Below, one piece after another: positions 52,313 through 62,482 of a DNA stretch of 64,000 nt. The notes below the pieces were generated by a model. That model did not search any database. It worked only from the letters and a program-made list of their open reading frames with translations, and was not told where the DNA came from. The stretch is from Clostridia bacterium (lineage in GTDB: Bacteria; Bacillota; Clostridia; TANB77; CAG-508), in assembly GCA_017429505.1 (NCBI GenBank), contig JAFROW010000008.1, positions 161,549-225,548 of the forward strand. Direction: 5' to 3'. A program made the position numbers and the translations under genes. How positions within the stretch are numbered: position 1 is the stretch's first letter; the number at the start of each line of letters is the position of its first letter.

Positions 52313-53689
52313 ATGAGAAAATATTTTGGAACTGATGGAATTAGAAGAATTGCAAATACTGAATTAACACCAAATTTAGTTTTTAAAGTTGCTAAAGCAG
52401 GAGCATATGTGCTTTCTAAGCACACAGATCATGCTCCAACTATACTAATTGGAAGAGATACACGTATTTCTGGCACACTTATTGAAAGTGCAATGGTTGC
52501 AGGTTTTTTAAGTTATGGTGCAAAAGTTAAGCTTCTTGGAGTAATGCCAACTCCCGCAGTTGCCTATTTAACAAGAAAATTAAATGCAGATGCAAGTGTT
52601 GTAATTTCTGCATCACATAATACATATGAATTTAATGGAATAAAATATTTTAGTAATAAAGGTACAAAGATTTCGGATAATTTAGAAGAAGAAATTGAAG
52701 AAATTATGGATTCAAATAAATTAGATGATTTAACCGCTGTTGGTGATAAAATTGGTGTATCTGAATATGCATTAGACTTAGTAAATGAATATGTATATTT
52801 CTTTAGAAAAAATTTTGACGATTTTTTTGAAAAATGCCATAATGACGAGTTTGTTGTTGGAATAGATACTGCAAATGGTGCAACATATGAAGTTGCAGAA
52901 AAAGTTTTTAAAGCTTTGGGTATTAATTATAAAATAATTAATAATTCACCAGATGGGATAAATATTAATCAAAATTGTGGTTCAACGCATTTAGAAGGTT
53001 TAAAAAAGTTTGTTGTAGAAAACAAATTAAATTTAGGAATTGCTTATGATGGTGATGGTGACAGATGTCTTGCGGTTGATGAAAATGGCGAAGAAATTGA
53101 CGGAGATAAATTAATGGCAATAATTTCTCAAAATTTAAGAAAACATGGACAGCTTAATAAAGATACTATTGTAGGAACAGTAATGAGTAATCTTGGGCTA
53201 AATAAATACTGCAGAGACAATGGTTTAGAATTTTTACAAACAAAAGTTGGAGACAGATATGTTTTAGAAGAAATGCAAAAAAGTGGATTTAATCTTGGCG
53301 GTGAACAATCTGGTCATATAATTTTACTTGACTATAACCCTACAGGAGATGGAATCTTAACATCTTTAATGCTTATAAAATCAATTTTTGAAGAAAACAA
53401 AAAAGCTTCTGAATTAGGTAGTTTGATTAAAAAATATCCTCAAATTTTGATTAATGCAAAAGTAAATTCAGAAAAAAAATTTGATTATGAAAAAGATGAA
53501 GAAATAAAAACAGAAATAGAAAAACTAGAAAAAGAATTCGCAGGAAATGGTAGAGTATTAATCAGACCTTCAGGTACAGAACCTCTTGTTAGAGTAATGA
53601 TAGAAGGAGAAAATCAAGAATATATTTCGAAAAAAGCAACAGAACTTGCGAATTTAATTGAACAGAAATTACGTTACTATTCAGACTAA
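52313..53689 (+). CDS. glmM: Phosphoglucosamine mutase
   Basis: MRKYFGTDGIRRIAN, SASHNTYEFNGIKYF (phosphoserine loop), and GEQSGHIIL. Confidence 0.95.
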   Translation: MRKYFGTDGIRRIANTELTPNLVFKVAKAGAYVLSKHTDHAPTILIGRDTRISGTLIESAMVAGFLSYGAKVKLLGVMPTPAVAYLTRKLNADASVVISASHNTYEFNGIKYFSNKGTKISDNLEEEIEEIMDSNKLDDLTAVGDKIGVSEYALDLVNEYVYFFRKNFDDFFEKCHNDEFVVGIDTANGATYEVAEKVFKALGINYKIINNSPDGININQNCGSTHLEGLKKFVVENKLNLGIAYDGDGDRCLAVDENGEEIDGDKLMAIISQNLRKHGQLNKDTIVGTVMSNLGLNKYCRDNGLEFLQTKVGDRYVLEEMQKSGFNLGGEQSGHIILLDYNPTGDGILTSLMLIKSIFEENKKASELGSLIKKYPQILINAKVNSEKKFDYEKDEEIKTEIEKLEKEFAGNGRVLIRPSGTEPLVRVMIEGENQEYISKKATELANLIEQKLRYYSD

Positions 53690-53710
53690 ATTCACTTAAA
53701 TCCCGCGCAA

Positions 53711-53791
53711 GTGATTAATATATAAATTATTTTAGGAGGTAACCGAGTGGGTATCACTTGGAGGTGCCTAAAAAATTTATATATTAATCAC
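53711..53791 (+). promoter_or_regulatory. Structured intergenic element: 19-bp perfect inverted repeat (GTGATTAATATATAAATT / AATTTATATATTAATCAC) enclosing two AGGAGGT-like sequences
   Basis: Read directly from the sequence. No U-run follows it, so it is not a simple terminator. It lies upstream of rpsT. Confidence 0.35.
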
Positions 53792-53931
53792 ATTATGCAG
53801 GGAAAACATATTTAAAATTCTGAATAGTAACGAAATTACAATAGATTTTTTCCAAAAAGTCTTGCCAAATAGTAAAATATGTGATAAAATAGTTGATGTT
53901 ATATTAAAGAGCAATAAAAGGAGGTGCAAAA

Positions 53932-54201
53932 ATGCCAAACATTAAATCAGCTAAAAAAAGAGTTAAAATAATAGAAAAGAAAACATTAAGAAACAACATG
54001 ATTAAATCAGCTTACAAAACATCTGTAAAAAAATTCGAATCTGCTATAGAAGCTGGAAATTTAGAAGAAGCTAAAACACTATTCTCAGAAGCTACAAAGA
54101 AAATAGATCAAGCTTGTTCAAAAGGTGTTATTGTTAAAAATACTGCAGCTAGAAAAAAATCAAATCTAGCAAAAAAATTAAATGCAGCAACTGTTGCTTA
54201 A
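53932..54201 (+). CDS. rpsT: 30S ribosomal protein S20
   Basis: [30 protein letters not shown]...[21 protein letters not shown] is canonical S20. Confidence 0.95.
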   Translation: MPNIKSAKKRVKIIEKKTLRNNMIKSAYKTSVKKFESAIEAGNLEEAKTLFSEATKKIDQACSKGVIVKNTAARKKSNLAKKLNAATVA

Positions 54202-54255
54202 GGTTACAATATATTATTTAAAAAATTATGCATAGTTTTTTAAAATGGAATCCAA

Positions 54256-54290
54256 AAAAGCTTTTGACTTTGAATTGTCAAAAGCTTTTT
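54256..54290. terminator. Bidirectional intrinsic terminator between rpsT (+) and the GT2 gene (-)
   Basis: aaaaaagcttttgac-tttgaatt-gtcaaaagcttttt is a 12-bp stem flanked by A- and T-runs. Confidence 0.7.
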
Positions 54291-55075
54291 AAAATCCAAA
54301 ACCATACAAAATGTTTTAAAACATACATTTTCTTTTTTAACAAAACACCTTTTAACCCTTTTTGTAAAATTTCTTTAAAATATTTGTAATATCCATTTGG
54401 ACTCATTTTAAAAGTTTTCAAAATATTTTTGGTATATCCATCCTCATTGTAGTCCCCAGTTTCAATTACTTCATTAATGCATAAAATTTTATATTTTTCA
54501 TCCATTTTATGATACATTCTAGCTTCAGTTACAAACTTTTCATTTTTTTCTATTTCATGTCTAAATTTCTTTCTCACTCTTGCATTAAAAACAAGTATTT
54601 TTTCTCCCTCTATATCTTGCTTAAAATACAAATCAAACATTGTTGATTCCATAAAATTTGTTAAAAATTTTTTTCCACTTATATTTCCTGACAAATCTTG
54701 TTTCAAGAAACATAGTGCATATAATTGTTGATTTTTCAGTAGTTTCGAAGTATTTCGTTCTATCAATTTAAAGGCATTTTCTTTAAAAAAATCATCTGAA
54801 TCGCAATCAACAATTAAGTCTCCTGTGGCATACTCAACCGCTTTATTTATTGCAGTCATTTTTCCTAAATTTTGTTGATACACATATTTTATATTGATCT
54901 TTTTTTCTACTATAAATTGCTCTACAACTTTTTTTGTTTTATCTGTCGAACCATCATCAATTATAATCCACTCTGCTTCTAGCTGGCTAATTTCTTGATT
55001 TTCAACAATGCTTTTATAAATCTTTTCTAAGTAATTTGCCCTATTGTATGTCGCAGTTAATATTGATATTCTCAT
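54278..55075 (-). CDS. Family 2 glycosyltransferase
   Basis: Start MRISILTATYNRANYLEKIY...WIIIDDGSTDKT (GT2 DxD region). It overlaps the upstream GT by about 35 bp. Confidence 0.8.
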   Translation of the reverse strand: MRISILTATYNRANYLEKIYKSIVENQEISQLEAEWIIIDDGSTDKTKKVVEQFIVEKKINIKYVYQQNLGKMTAINKAVEYATGDLIVDCDSDDFFKENAFKLIERNTSKLLKNQQLYALCFLKQDLSGNISGKKFLTNFMESTMFDLYFKQDIEGEKILVFNARVRKKFRHEIEKNEKFVTEARMYHKMDEKYKILCINEVIETGDYNEDGYTKNILKTFKMSPNGYYKYFKEILQKGLKGVLLKKKMYVLKHFVWFWILKSF

Positions 55076-57116
55076 ACAAAATCCCCTTAATCTTTTCCAA
55101 CAAATACTTATTATCATAATTATAATCTTGAGTCTCTTCTTCTAAAAACTTACACTCACCTAATATAATTTTTTTCAAACTTTCAAAAATAGCTTCTTCA
55201 TTATTTTCTATAACTAGCTTTCTATCATAATTTTTTACTGCTTCAGCTGCTGCAGTATTTGTAACTAAAATCGGTTTGTTTAAAATTTTTGCCTCTTCTA
55301 ATACCATTCCATATCCTTCAAAATAAGAAAACAATCCAAAATAATCTGCCTTTTTTATATATGGATAAGGATTTTCAATTTGTCCCAAAAAAATAAATGA
55401 ATCATTTACATTTAACTCTTCTACTAAATTTAACAAATTTTCTTTTTCTTCTCCATCGCCTAAAACATAAATCTTATGTTTTAGTCCTTCATCTATTAAT
55501 CTTTTATGAACCCTAATTAGCCTATCTATCGCCTTTTGTTTTACTAATCTTGAAACTACAACAAAATTTTTTTCAAACTCATAATCTTTTTGCATTATTT
55601 CATTCACCATATTTTTATCTTCGCATTTTCTGTTTGCAAGCCTTATAACCCTATCTTTATTAATATAATTATAAATTATTTTTCTTTTAGAAACATCTCC
55701 ATAAACATTTTCAAAAACTTTTTTATTCTCTCTACTTACAAATATTATCTGGTCATATTTTTTATAAAACCATTTGTCTATCATTCTTTTAAACTCTGCT
55801 TTTTTGTTTTTTCCAAAAACTTTTGAAATATCATTATGAATCCACGCAATTTTTCTTTTATTCCCATTAAAGCTAAAAATCCTTGTTATTGGGCCTTCCA
55901 AAAAAGCAATATCTATATCAAATTTTTTTCTCAAATACCTATTATATATTTTTTTTCCACAAATTAGTACATAAATGGGGATGAATTTATTTTTTATCTC
56001 TCTATTAAATACACACATTGTTTTAATATTTGTATTTAACTCTTTTTCAAGCTCCCCTCCACCATAAATAGTAAAAATAGTGATATCATATTCGTTTGAT
56101 AGTACATTTGCAACATCTATCAAAACCCTTTCTGCTCCACCAATTCCAAGTTTTGTAATTCCAAAACAAATTTTTAATTTATTATTTTTTGTTGATACTA
56201 TGTTCTCAAAATTGGAATTATTTCCGTATTCTAACAAATAAACCATCGTTTTTAAAATCATTTTTGTTCTAATATGCAAATTTTCTATTTTTAAAATTCT
56301 TTTTAATGAGCTTCCAATCAAAATTCTCTTACTCATATATTTCAGTTCATTTTTGTAGTTATTGTATATATTTTTTTCTTTATAAAAAACTAAAATATTA
56401 TCTAAAATTTTAAAAATATCTCCTGTTTTTTCCGTTTGAGTATTGGAAATTGAATCATCTCTTTGAGTATAATGCACAAAGTACTTATTTATATAAGATA
56501 TTTTATTTAAATATGGAAGTAGCTTATAAAAAAACTCCAAATCTTCGTATATTAAACCTTCAGGGAATCTTGTTTTTGTTTTGTTTAATATATCTCTTTT
56601 ATAAATCTTGTTCCATGCAACAACTCTAGGCTTTTTCATCATTTTTTTCTTTACTATATCTATTGTTACTGAATCACTTTCATTTGTATTGTTACTTTTT
56701 TTTATTTTATAATTTCTTCTTTTATCAAATATCTTTTTTCCATATTTCCATTCCCAAATAAAATCACATTCTACCATATCTGCATTTTCTTTTTTTGCCA
56801 AATTGTACATTTCCTCATACATGTTTTTTTCAACATAATCATCAGAATCTAAAAAAGCCACATATTCCCCTGTTGCATACTCTAGGCCATAATTTCTAGC
56901 AGAAGATAGACCTCCATTTTTTTTCTCATAATATTTTACTTTTGAATAATATTTTGTTACATATTTTTCTGTAATATCAATGCTTTTGTCCTGCGTGCCA
57001 TCATTTACAATTATTATTTCTATATCTTGTAAAGTCTGATTTACCAAAGATTTTAAGCATTTGTCTATAAATTTTTCCACATTATATACAGGCACAATTA
57101 CACTTACTTTAGTCAT
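55041..57116 (-). CDS. Two-domain glycosyltransferase (N-terminal GT2 + C-terminal GT1/GT4-like)
   Basis: N-terminus MTKVSVIVPVYNVEKFIDKCLKSLVNQT..IIIVNDGTQD (GT2). The C-terminal half has a GT4-like E..E/K pattern (FLGQIENPYPYIKKADYFGLFSYFEGYGMVLEEA). Confidence 0.8.
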   Translation of the reverse strand: MTKVSVIVPVYNVEKFIDKCLKSLVNQTLQDIEIIIVNDGTQDKSIDITEKYVTKYYSKVKYYEKKNGGLSSARNYGLEYATGEYVAFLDSDDYVEKNMYEEMYNLAKKENADMVECDFIWEWKYGKKIFDKRRNYKIKKSNNTNESDSVTIDIVKKKMMKKPRVVAWNKIYKRDILNKTKTRFPEGLIYEDLEFFYKLLPYLNKISYINKYFVHYTQRDDSISNTQTEKTGDIFKILDNILVFYKEKNIYNNYKNELKYMSKRILIGSSLKRILKIENLHIRTKMILKTMVYLLEYGNNSNFENIVSTKNNKLKICFGITKLGIGGAERVLIDVANVLSNEYDITIFTIYGGGELEKELNTNIKTMCVFNREIKNKFIPIYVLICGKKIYNRYLRKKFDIDIAFLEGPITRIFSFNGNKRKIAWIHNDISKVFGKNKKAEFKRMIDKWFYKKYDQIIFVSRENKKVFENVYGDVSKRKIIYNYINKDRVIRLANRKCEDKNMVNEIMQKDYEFEKNFVVVSRLVKQKAIDRLIRVHKRLIDEGLKHKIYVLGDGEEKENLLNLVEELNVNDSFIFLGQIENPYPYIKKADYFGLFSYFEGYGMVLEEAKILNKPILVTNTAAAEAVKNYDRKLVIENNEEAIFESLKKIILGECKFLEEETQDYNYDNKYLLEKIKGILYENININCDIQ

Positions 57117-57171
57117 ATTTTTTAAGCTCCTTTTTTAGATTTTTATTTTTTGAAATAAATACACTTTATAA

Positions 57172-58077
57172 TTACAAGTATTTTAAATAAAATTTCTTTA
57201 ATGCTTGCTTTATATTTCTTACTCTTAAATTATCTAGCATTTTTTTCTCTCTAATTATGTGTTTATACATTACTTTATCTTTTTTCTTTAAGTCTTTAAT
57301 ACTTAAAATAATGCTATTTGTATAGTATTCTAAAATATTTTTGCAAGTATTTTGTTTTAAATTCATATCTACTATTTTTTGCCTCAAATTATCATAAAGA
57401 AAAAATTTATCATTTACTTTTTTTATTTGTTTTGAATAGTTTTCATTTCTCATAATACTGTTTTCTGATTGAAAATAATTATAGCCATAAATATTTGTTG
57501 ATACAATACTTTTACCATTTGCAACCAATAATGGGATTAATCCAAAATCTTCGTGATACACATTTTTTTCAAATTTTAAATCTATTCTTTCAAATAATTC
57601 TTTTTTTATTAAATACAAACAAGGTGAATCTAAATATTTATCTGTAAAGCACAACTTATTAAAACCATCTTCCCCATTTACTACATCAAAAACTGGACCG
57701 TCTGCATGAACCTCTTTTTTTCCAATTATTTTCATTTTATATTTAATCATCTCAACACCTTTATCCATGTACTTTTCCAAAGTTTTTATCAAATTATTAT
57801 CTATTGTATCATCAACATCAACAAACATTATGTATTTTCCATTTGCTTTTTCTATTCCTAAATTTCTTGCATTTCCAACACCTGTTGTTTCTTGACTTGT
57901 ATAAAAATATTTTGTGTTTTTATATTTCTTTGAGATTTCTTCTAAATTATCATTTGAAAAATCATCAATCAAGACAATTTCATAGCTGTCATAATTTATA
58001 CTTGTTAAACTATCTAAGCATTTTTTTAAATATTTCTTTCCATTATTGAACGGAATAATTATACTGAGCTTTGGCAT
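57172..58077 (-). CDS. Family 2 glycosyltransferase
   Basis: MPKLSIIIPFNNGKKYLKKCLDSL..EIVLIDDFSND; FVDVDD. Confidence 0.8.
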   Translation of the reverse strand: MPKLSIIIPFNNGKKYLKKCLDSLTSINYDSYEIVLIDDFSNDNLEEISKKYKNTKYFYTSQETTGVGNARNLGIEKANGKYIMFVDVDDTIDNNLIKTLEKYMDKGVEMIKYKMKIIGKKEVHADGPVFDVVNGEDGFNKLCFTDKYLDSPCLYLIKKELFERIDLKFEKNVYHEDFGLIPLLVANGKSIVSTNIYGYNYFQSENSIMRNENYSKQIKKVNDKFFLYDNLRQKIVDMNLKQNTCKNILEYYTNSIILSIKDLKKKDKVMYKHIIREKKMLDNLRVRNIKQALKKFYLKYL

Positions 58078-58454
58078 TCTTCCTCTTCCTTTTTAATCAC
58101 TTTTTTAATAAGAATTTTTATATTCTTTTATTTTTATTATACCCATTATACTATTATAATTTCAAATAATTTTCATAGCGTCTATTTTTTTGACCTCTTT
58201 TCAGATTGCTTTCTCTCGCTTTTTCCTCAAAAAATTGATTTCATTTTCATTTAACTTGTGCAAAATCGCTTTATTCTATTATTTCGTTTTAAATAGTAAT
58301 ATAATTTTATATATATAGATAGCACTACGTGGAACTTTCCAACTTTTTTATAAATTTTTTATTTAAAATTTATACACTTTCTGTTAGCTTGAACTTTCTT
58401 TTTTCTAACAAATATATTTTTCAAATTAGTCATTTATTATAAGGTTTTAATTAT

Positions 58455-58802
58455 TTGAATATTTTCTTTAAATCAACTAATAATAATAATGTAGAATTTT
58501 GTAAAAAAGGAGCTATAAATGTGTTGGTTACTATAAGTTTAAGAAGCAAAAAAGAAAACGAAATTAATAAATTTTTAAGTAGTTTTTATGAAACAGATAT
58601 GGGTATACCACAAGATTTGCTTTGGAAAAAAGAATATAAAAATCCAATTGAAGCTTCTGACATTATTGGAGCTTTTATTGATAACATAGATTCTTATAAT
58701 TTAAAAATGTGGCTTTGTCTTGATAAAAATGTTTATATACATGTTACAGAACATAATGGTAATGATATTATAAAATATTTATTTGAAAGATTTCCTTATT
58801 AA
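58455..58802 (+). CDS. Hypothetical protein (115 aa; start uncertain)
   Basis: ORF only, with no recognisable motifs. It is flanked downstream by a MITE-like repeat. Confidence 0.4.
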   Translation: MNIFFKSTNNNNVEFCKKGAINVLVTISLRSKKENEINKFLSSFYETDMGIPQDLLWKKEYKNPIEASDIIGAFIDNIDSYNLKMWLCLDKNVYIHVTEHNGNDIIKYLFERFPY

Positions 58803-58849
58803 ATTACGCTAACTTAAAATAATATTACAGCATAATATAATATTTTTTT

Positions 58850-59047
58850 AAAAAATTTCTACGCACCCCCTTTTTTGGCTATAACGTGAGGATTAACCAT
58901 AACTAATTTTTAGAGCATTTTTAGACTTAAATCTAGGATTTTTCTTTAAACAACTCTTATTTAAGAATTTCGAAAGAAATATAAGTATTATTTTAATACA
59001 CTTCGAAGCTCTTGTTTGGTTCAAAAATTGGCATAGAAATTTTTTTT
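58850..59047. repeat. MITE-like intergenic repeat, copy 4 (~197 bp), with terminal inverted repeats AAAAATTTCTACGCA / TGCCATAGAAATTTTT
   Basis: aaaaatttctacgcaccccctttttggctataacgtgaggattaacc...ttttagagcatttttagac...caaaaattggcatagaaattttttt is alignable with 32899-33095 along its length. Confidence 0.55.
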
Positions 59048-59159
59048 ATAAACTTTACTTTTAACCTGTTTCGTGTTAAAATTAAATTATATAAAACACA
59101 GGTATAATTAATTATTTTCATTAAATTATGTGACTTGAAGGAAAGGAATATAAATAAAA

Positions 59160-59624
59160 ATGGAAGGTAAAAAAATAATTTCAAAAAATCCAACAGCATA
59201 TCATAATTACACAATTGTAGATACAATTGAAACAGGTATTGTTTTAACTGGAACAGAAATAAAGTCAATTAGAGCTGGAAAAGTGAATTTAAAAGATAGT
59301 TATTCTAACATAAAAAACGGAGAATGTTTTGTTTATGGAATGCATATTAGTCCTTATGAATATGGAAATATTTACAACAAAGATCCTCTTCGTGATAGAA
59401 AATTGCTTTTAAAAAAACGTGAAATAAATAAACTTTTTGGAAAAATAAAACAAGATGGATATGCTTTAATTCCAATTTGTATATATTTTAAAGGAAGCTT
59501 GGTCAAAATGGAACTTGGAATTGGGAAAGGTAAAAAGCTTTATGATAAGCGCCAAGATATTGTAAAAAAAGATGCTGAAAGAAGAATGCAAAAGGCTATG
59601 AGAGCCAATGAAAGAGGAGAATAA
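59160..59624 (+). CDS. smpB: SsrA-binding protein SmpB
   Basis: KIISKNPTAYHNYTIVDTIETGIVLTGTEIKSIRAGKVNLKDSY...KLLLKKREINKL is canonical SmpB. Confidence 0.95.
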   Translation: MEGKKIISKNPTAYHNYTIVDTIETGIVLTGTEIKSIRAGKVNLKDSYSNIKNGECFVYGMHISPYEYGNIYNKDPLRDRKLLLKKREINKLFGKIKQDGYALIPICIYFKGSLVKMELGIGKGKKLYDKRQDIVKKDAERRMQKAMRANERGE

Positions 59625-59654
59625 TTCAAAAAAGTCGTATATTAATTTAGAAAA

Positions 59655-59760
59655 TCTTATTAAGCTGTATATTTTTGATTTTTCAATTTATGTCTTATGT
59701 CGTTTTACTCTAGCGCATAAATATTAAAATCAAAATATACAGCTTTTATATTATGCTTTA
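59655..59760. terminator. Large bidirectional stem-loop between smpB (+) and fba (-)
   Basis: aagctgtatatttttgatttt ... aaaatcaaaatatacagctttt is a ~20-bp inverted repeat with a ~50-nt loop that itself contains a secondary pairing. Confidence 0.6.
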
Positions 59761-60680
59761 TTACTTGAACCAAACACATCTCTTATTTTATGTTTTACAG
59801 TTTCTTTAATCAAATCTCTTGCAGGGGTTAAGTATTTACGTGGATCAAATGCTGAAGGTTCTTCTGCAAATACTTTTCTAATTGCTGCTGTCATTGCAAG
59901 TCTTAAGTCTGTATCTACATTTATTTTTGAAACTCCAGAAATTGAAGCTTCGTGAAGCATATCATCTGGAACACCTTTTGCTCCCGGAATATCTGCTCCA
60001 TATTTATTACATTGTGCAACAAGTTCAGGAATAACTGTTGAAGCTCCATGTAAAACTATTGGAGTATTTGGAATTCTTTCTTTAATTTTTGCTAAAATAT
60101 CAAATCTTAATTTTGCTTCTCCCTTAAATTTATATGCTCCATGGCTTGTTCCAATTGCTATTGCTAAAGAATCACATCCTGTTCTTATAACAAACTCTTC
60201 TGCTTGTGCTGGGTCTGTAAACATTGCGTCATCAGCTGAAACATTTACATCATCTTCTATTCCTGCTAATTTACCAAGTTCAGCCTCTACAACAACTCCT
60301 TTGCTATGTGCATAATCTACAACTTCTTTTGTAAGTCTTATATTTTCTTCAAAATCATATTTAGATCCATCAAACATAACAGATGTAAATCCTGCATCTA
60401 TACACATTTTGCAGGTTTCAAAATCAGGTCCATGATCTAAATGAATTGCAAATGGTATTTCTGGGTGCTCTTCTTCTGCTGCCTTTGCCATTTTCATTAA
60501 ATAATTTAGTCTTGCATATTTTATAGCACTTGAAGATGCTTGCATTATTACAGGTGCATGTTCTTCTGCAGCTGCATCCATTATTGCTTGTATAATTTCC
60601 ATATTGTTTACATTAAATGCACCAATCGCAAACCCCTCTTTCATAGATTTTTCAAACATTTCTTTAGTTGTTACTAACAT
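59751..60680 (-). CDS. fba: Fructose-bisphosphate aldolase, class II
   Basis: MLVTTKEMFEKSMKEGFAIGAFNVNNMEIIQAIMDAA..HLDHG...GASTVIPELV matches class II FBA. Confidence 0.93.
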   Translation of the reverse strand: MLVTTKEMFEKSMKEGFAIGAFNVNNMEIIQAIMDAAAEEHAPVIMQASSSAIKYARLNYLMKMAKAAEEEHPEIPFAIHLDHGPDFETCKMCIDAGFTSVMFDGSKYDFEENIRLTKEVVDYAHSKGVVVEAELGKLAGIEDDVNVSADDAMFTDPAQAEEFVIRTGCDSLAIAIGTSHGAYKFKGEAKLRFDILAKIKERIPNTPIVLHGASTVIPELVAQCNKYGADIPGAKGVPDDMLHEASISGVSKINVDTDLRLAMTAAIRKVFAEEPSAFDPRKYLTPARDLIKETVKHKIRDVFGSSNKA

Positions 60681-60803
60681 TTTCATCATCCTTTCTCTTT
60701 TTTATTATATTTTTTAAAATTTAAAATCAATTCAATAACTTACTGAAAATATAAATATTTTGAGAGATAATCTTATTTAACTGAATAGCTTAAAAATTCA
60801 AAC

Positions 60804-62057
60804 TTATTCTTCTCTTTGCTTTTCACTCTCATTCTCTTTATCCTTTTCAAATATTTTCTTTTTGCTACCTCCAATATATCCCATATTTGTTGTTATATCT
60901 GTAGTATTTTCCAAATGCTTCTTTGCTATTCTTTCTTTTTTTGAAAACGAAGGCATATCTTCTTTTTCTTCTAAATTAAATGGAATAGAAATTTTATTTC
61001 TAATTGTCATAAATAAAGGTTCTTTTTCTATTTTTTGAGCAATTTTTTTACTATTTAAATCTACTGCTAAATTTGCATATTTTATTGCTAACTCTTTGTT
61101 TCCTTTCATTATATTAATTTTTGCAAGTTCAAAATAACAATCTGCACTAAGTTCTTCTTCATTTAGAGCCTGAGTAAAATACATTTCAGCTTTTTCTAAA
61201 TCTTTGTAAATTAAAGCAATTTCTGCTAAGCAATATTTTGCATTATATGCTAAACTATTTAATTCTGCAGCCTTTTCATAACATAGCTTTGCATTATTAA
61301 AATCATTTAGCATTGTATAAACCATACCTAAATTGTAGTTTAAATCATAACTTATAGGATCATACTTTAAAGCCTCCATATATACCATTGCAGCATCTTT
61401 ATACAATTTTTCTTCTATAAGTAAATCTCCTAAAAGAATTGTTGCTTCAGTATATTCTGGCTTTTTGTCTAGCAAAGAATTAAGCATTTCAATTGCTTCT
61501 TTCTTTCTATCCATTTCTTGAAGTAAAATTGAAACTTTGTAATATGAATCATAGTCTTGATTATCTAAATCTATACATTGAACATATTCATCTATTGCTT
61601 TTCTAATTCCGCCTTCTTTTTCATAAATTAAAGCAAGTCTTTTATGCAAATCATAATTATCATTATCTTGCTCCAAAAACCCTAGCAACATTTCTTTTGC
61701 TTTTTTGTAATTTCCAAATGCCATATACATATCTATTATTGCCATTTTTAATTTTATCATTATATTTTTGTTATTTTTTTCTAATAAAATTAAAATAAAT
61801 GGTAATGCTACACTCATTAGGTAAATTAGAAATTTAACTACTATATTCATTTTACGATTTGAACTTAAGACTAAAAAATCTATTGTTATTCCTAATGCCT
61901 CGATTGCAAGTATTGGAACATAACTCGTATCATTTTTCTTTATCATTTTAAAGAAAATTATTACAAATAAAATTATTGATAGTATTATAAAAATCAACTG
62001 TTCTGCCATATATTTCCCCTTCTTGTTTAAATAATTTCTATCTTTAGTTTTATTCAT
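60804..62057 (-). CDS. Tetratricopeptide-repeat protein with N-terminal TM helices
   Basis: Two or three N-terminal TM segments, then repeated 34-aa TPR-like units (AIDEYVQCIDLDNQDYDSYYKVSILLQ...). Confidence 0.75.
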   Translation of the reverse strand: MNKTKDRNYLNKKGKYMAEQLIFIILSIILFVIIFFKMIKKNDTSYVPILAIEALGITIDFLVLSSNRKMNIVVKFLIYLMSVALPFILILLEKNNKNIMIKLKMAIIDMYMAFGNYKKAKEMLLGFLEQDNDNYDLHKRLALIYEKEGGIRKAIDEYVQCIDLDNQDYDSYYKVSILLQEMDRKKEAIEMLNSLLDKKPEYTEATILLGDLLIEEKLYKDAAMVYMEALKYDPISYDLNYNLGMVYTMLNDFNNAKLCYEKAAELNSLAYNAKYCLAEIALIYKDLEKAEMYFTQALNEEELSADCYFELAKINIMKGNKELAIKYANLAVDLNSKKIAQKIEKEPLFMTIRNKISIPFNLEEKEDMPSFSKKERIAKKHLENTTDITTNMGYIGGSKKKIFEKDKENESEKQREE

Positions 62058-62217
62058 TTTACTACATTTTTTTCAAAATATCAACAAATTTTAAAAAACC
62101 TGTTTATTTTTTTTTTACTTTATGATACAATGACTTTAAATTAAAAATTTATATTACTGAATTTACTTATTTATAATGTAAATTTGCAATTAATAGCAAT
62201 GAAATGGAGGATTAGTT

Positions 62218-62457
62218 ATGGAAGTTAAAAGATGTTCTCGTTGTGGAGCTTTTTATACAAATCAAGGATATGTATGTTCAAAATGTACTAGTAAAGATAA
62301 TTTAGAATTATCTCAATTTAAGAATTTCGTTGAAGAAAATTGTGTTGAAATCAGTTCTTTAAGCCAAATAGCAAGTGAAACAGGAATTTCTGAAAAGAAT
62401 TTAAATCGCTTTTTAGATTATGATGGGTTGGAAGGATATAAAAAATTGTTTAAGTAA
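62218..62457 (+). CDS. Zinc-ribbon protein with C-terminal HTH-like segment
   Basis: CSRCGAFYTNQGYVCSKC (C4 zinc ribbon), then ISSLSQIASETGISEKNLNRFL. 79 aa. Confidence 0.6.
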   Translation: MEVKRCSRCGAFYTNQGYVCSKCTSKDNLELSQFKNFVEENCVEISSLSQIASETGISEKNLNRFLDYDGLEGYKKLFK

Positions 62458-62482
62458 AAAAAAGAAACTAGCAATTGATTTG

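Noticed and set aside
58993-59268. 91-aa minus-strand ORF overlapping the MITE-like repeat and the smpB 5' end
   Set aside because: It lies across a repeat element and the start of a clearly real gene on the other strand. Its composition is low-complexity.
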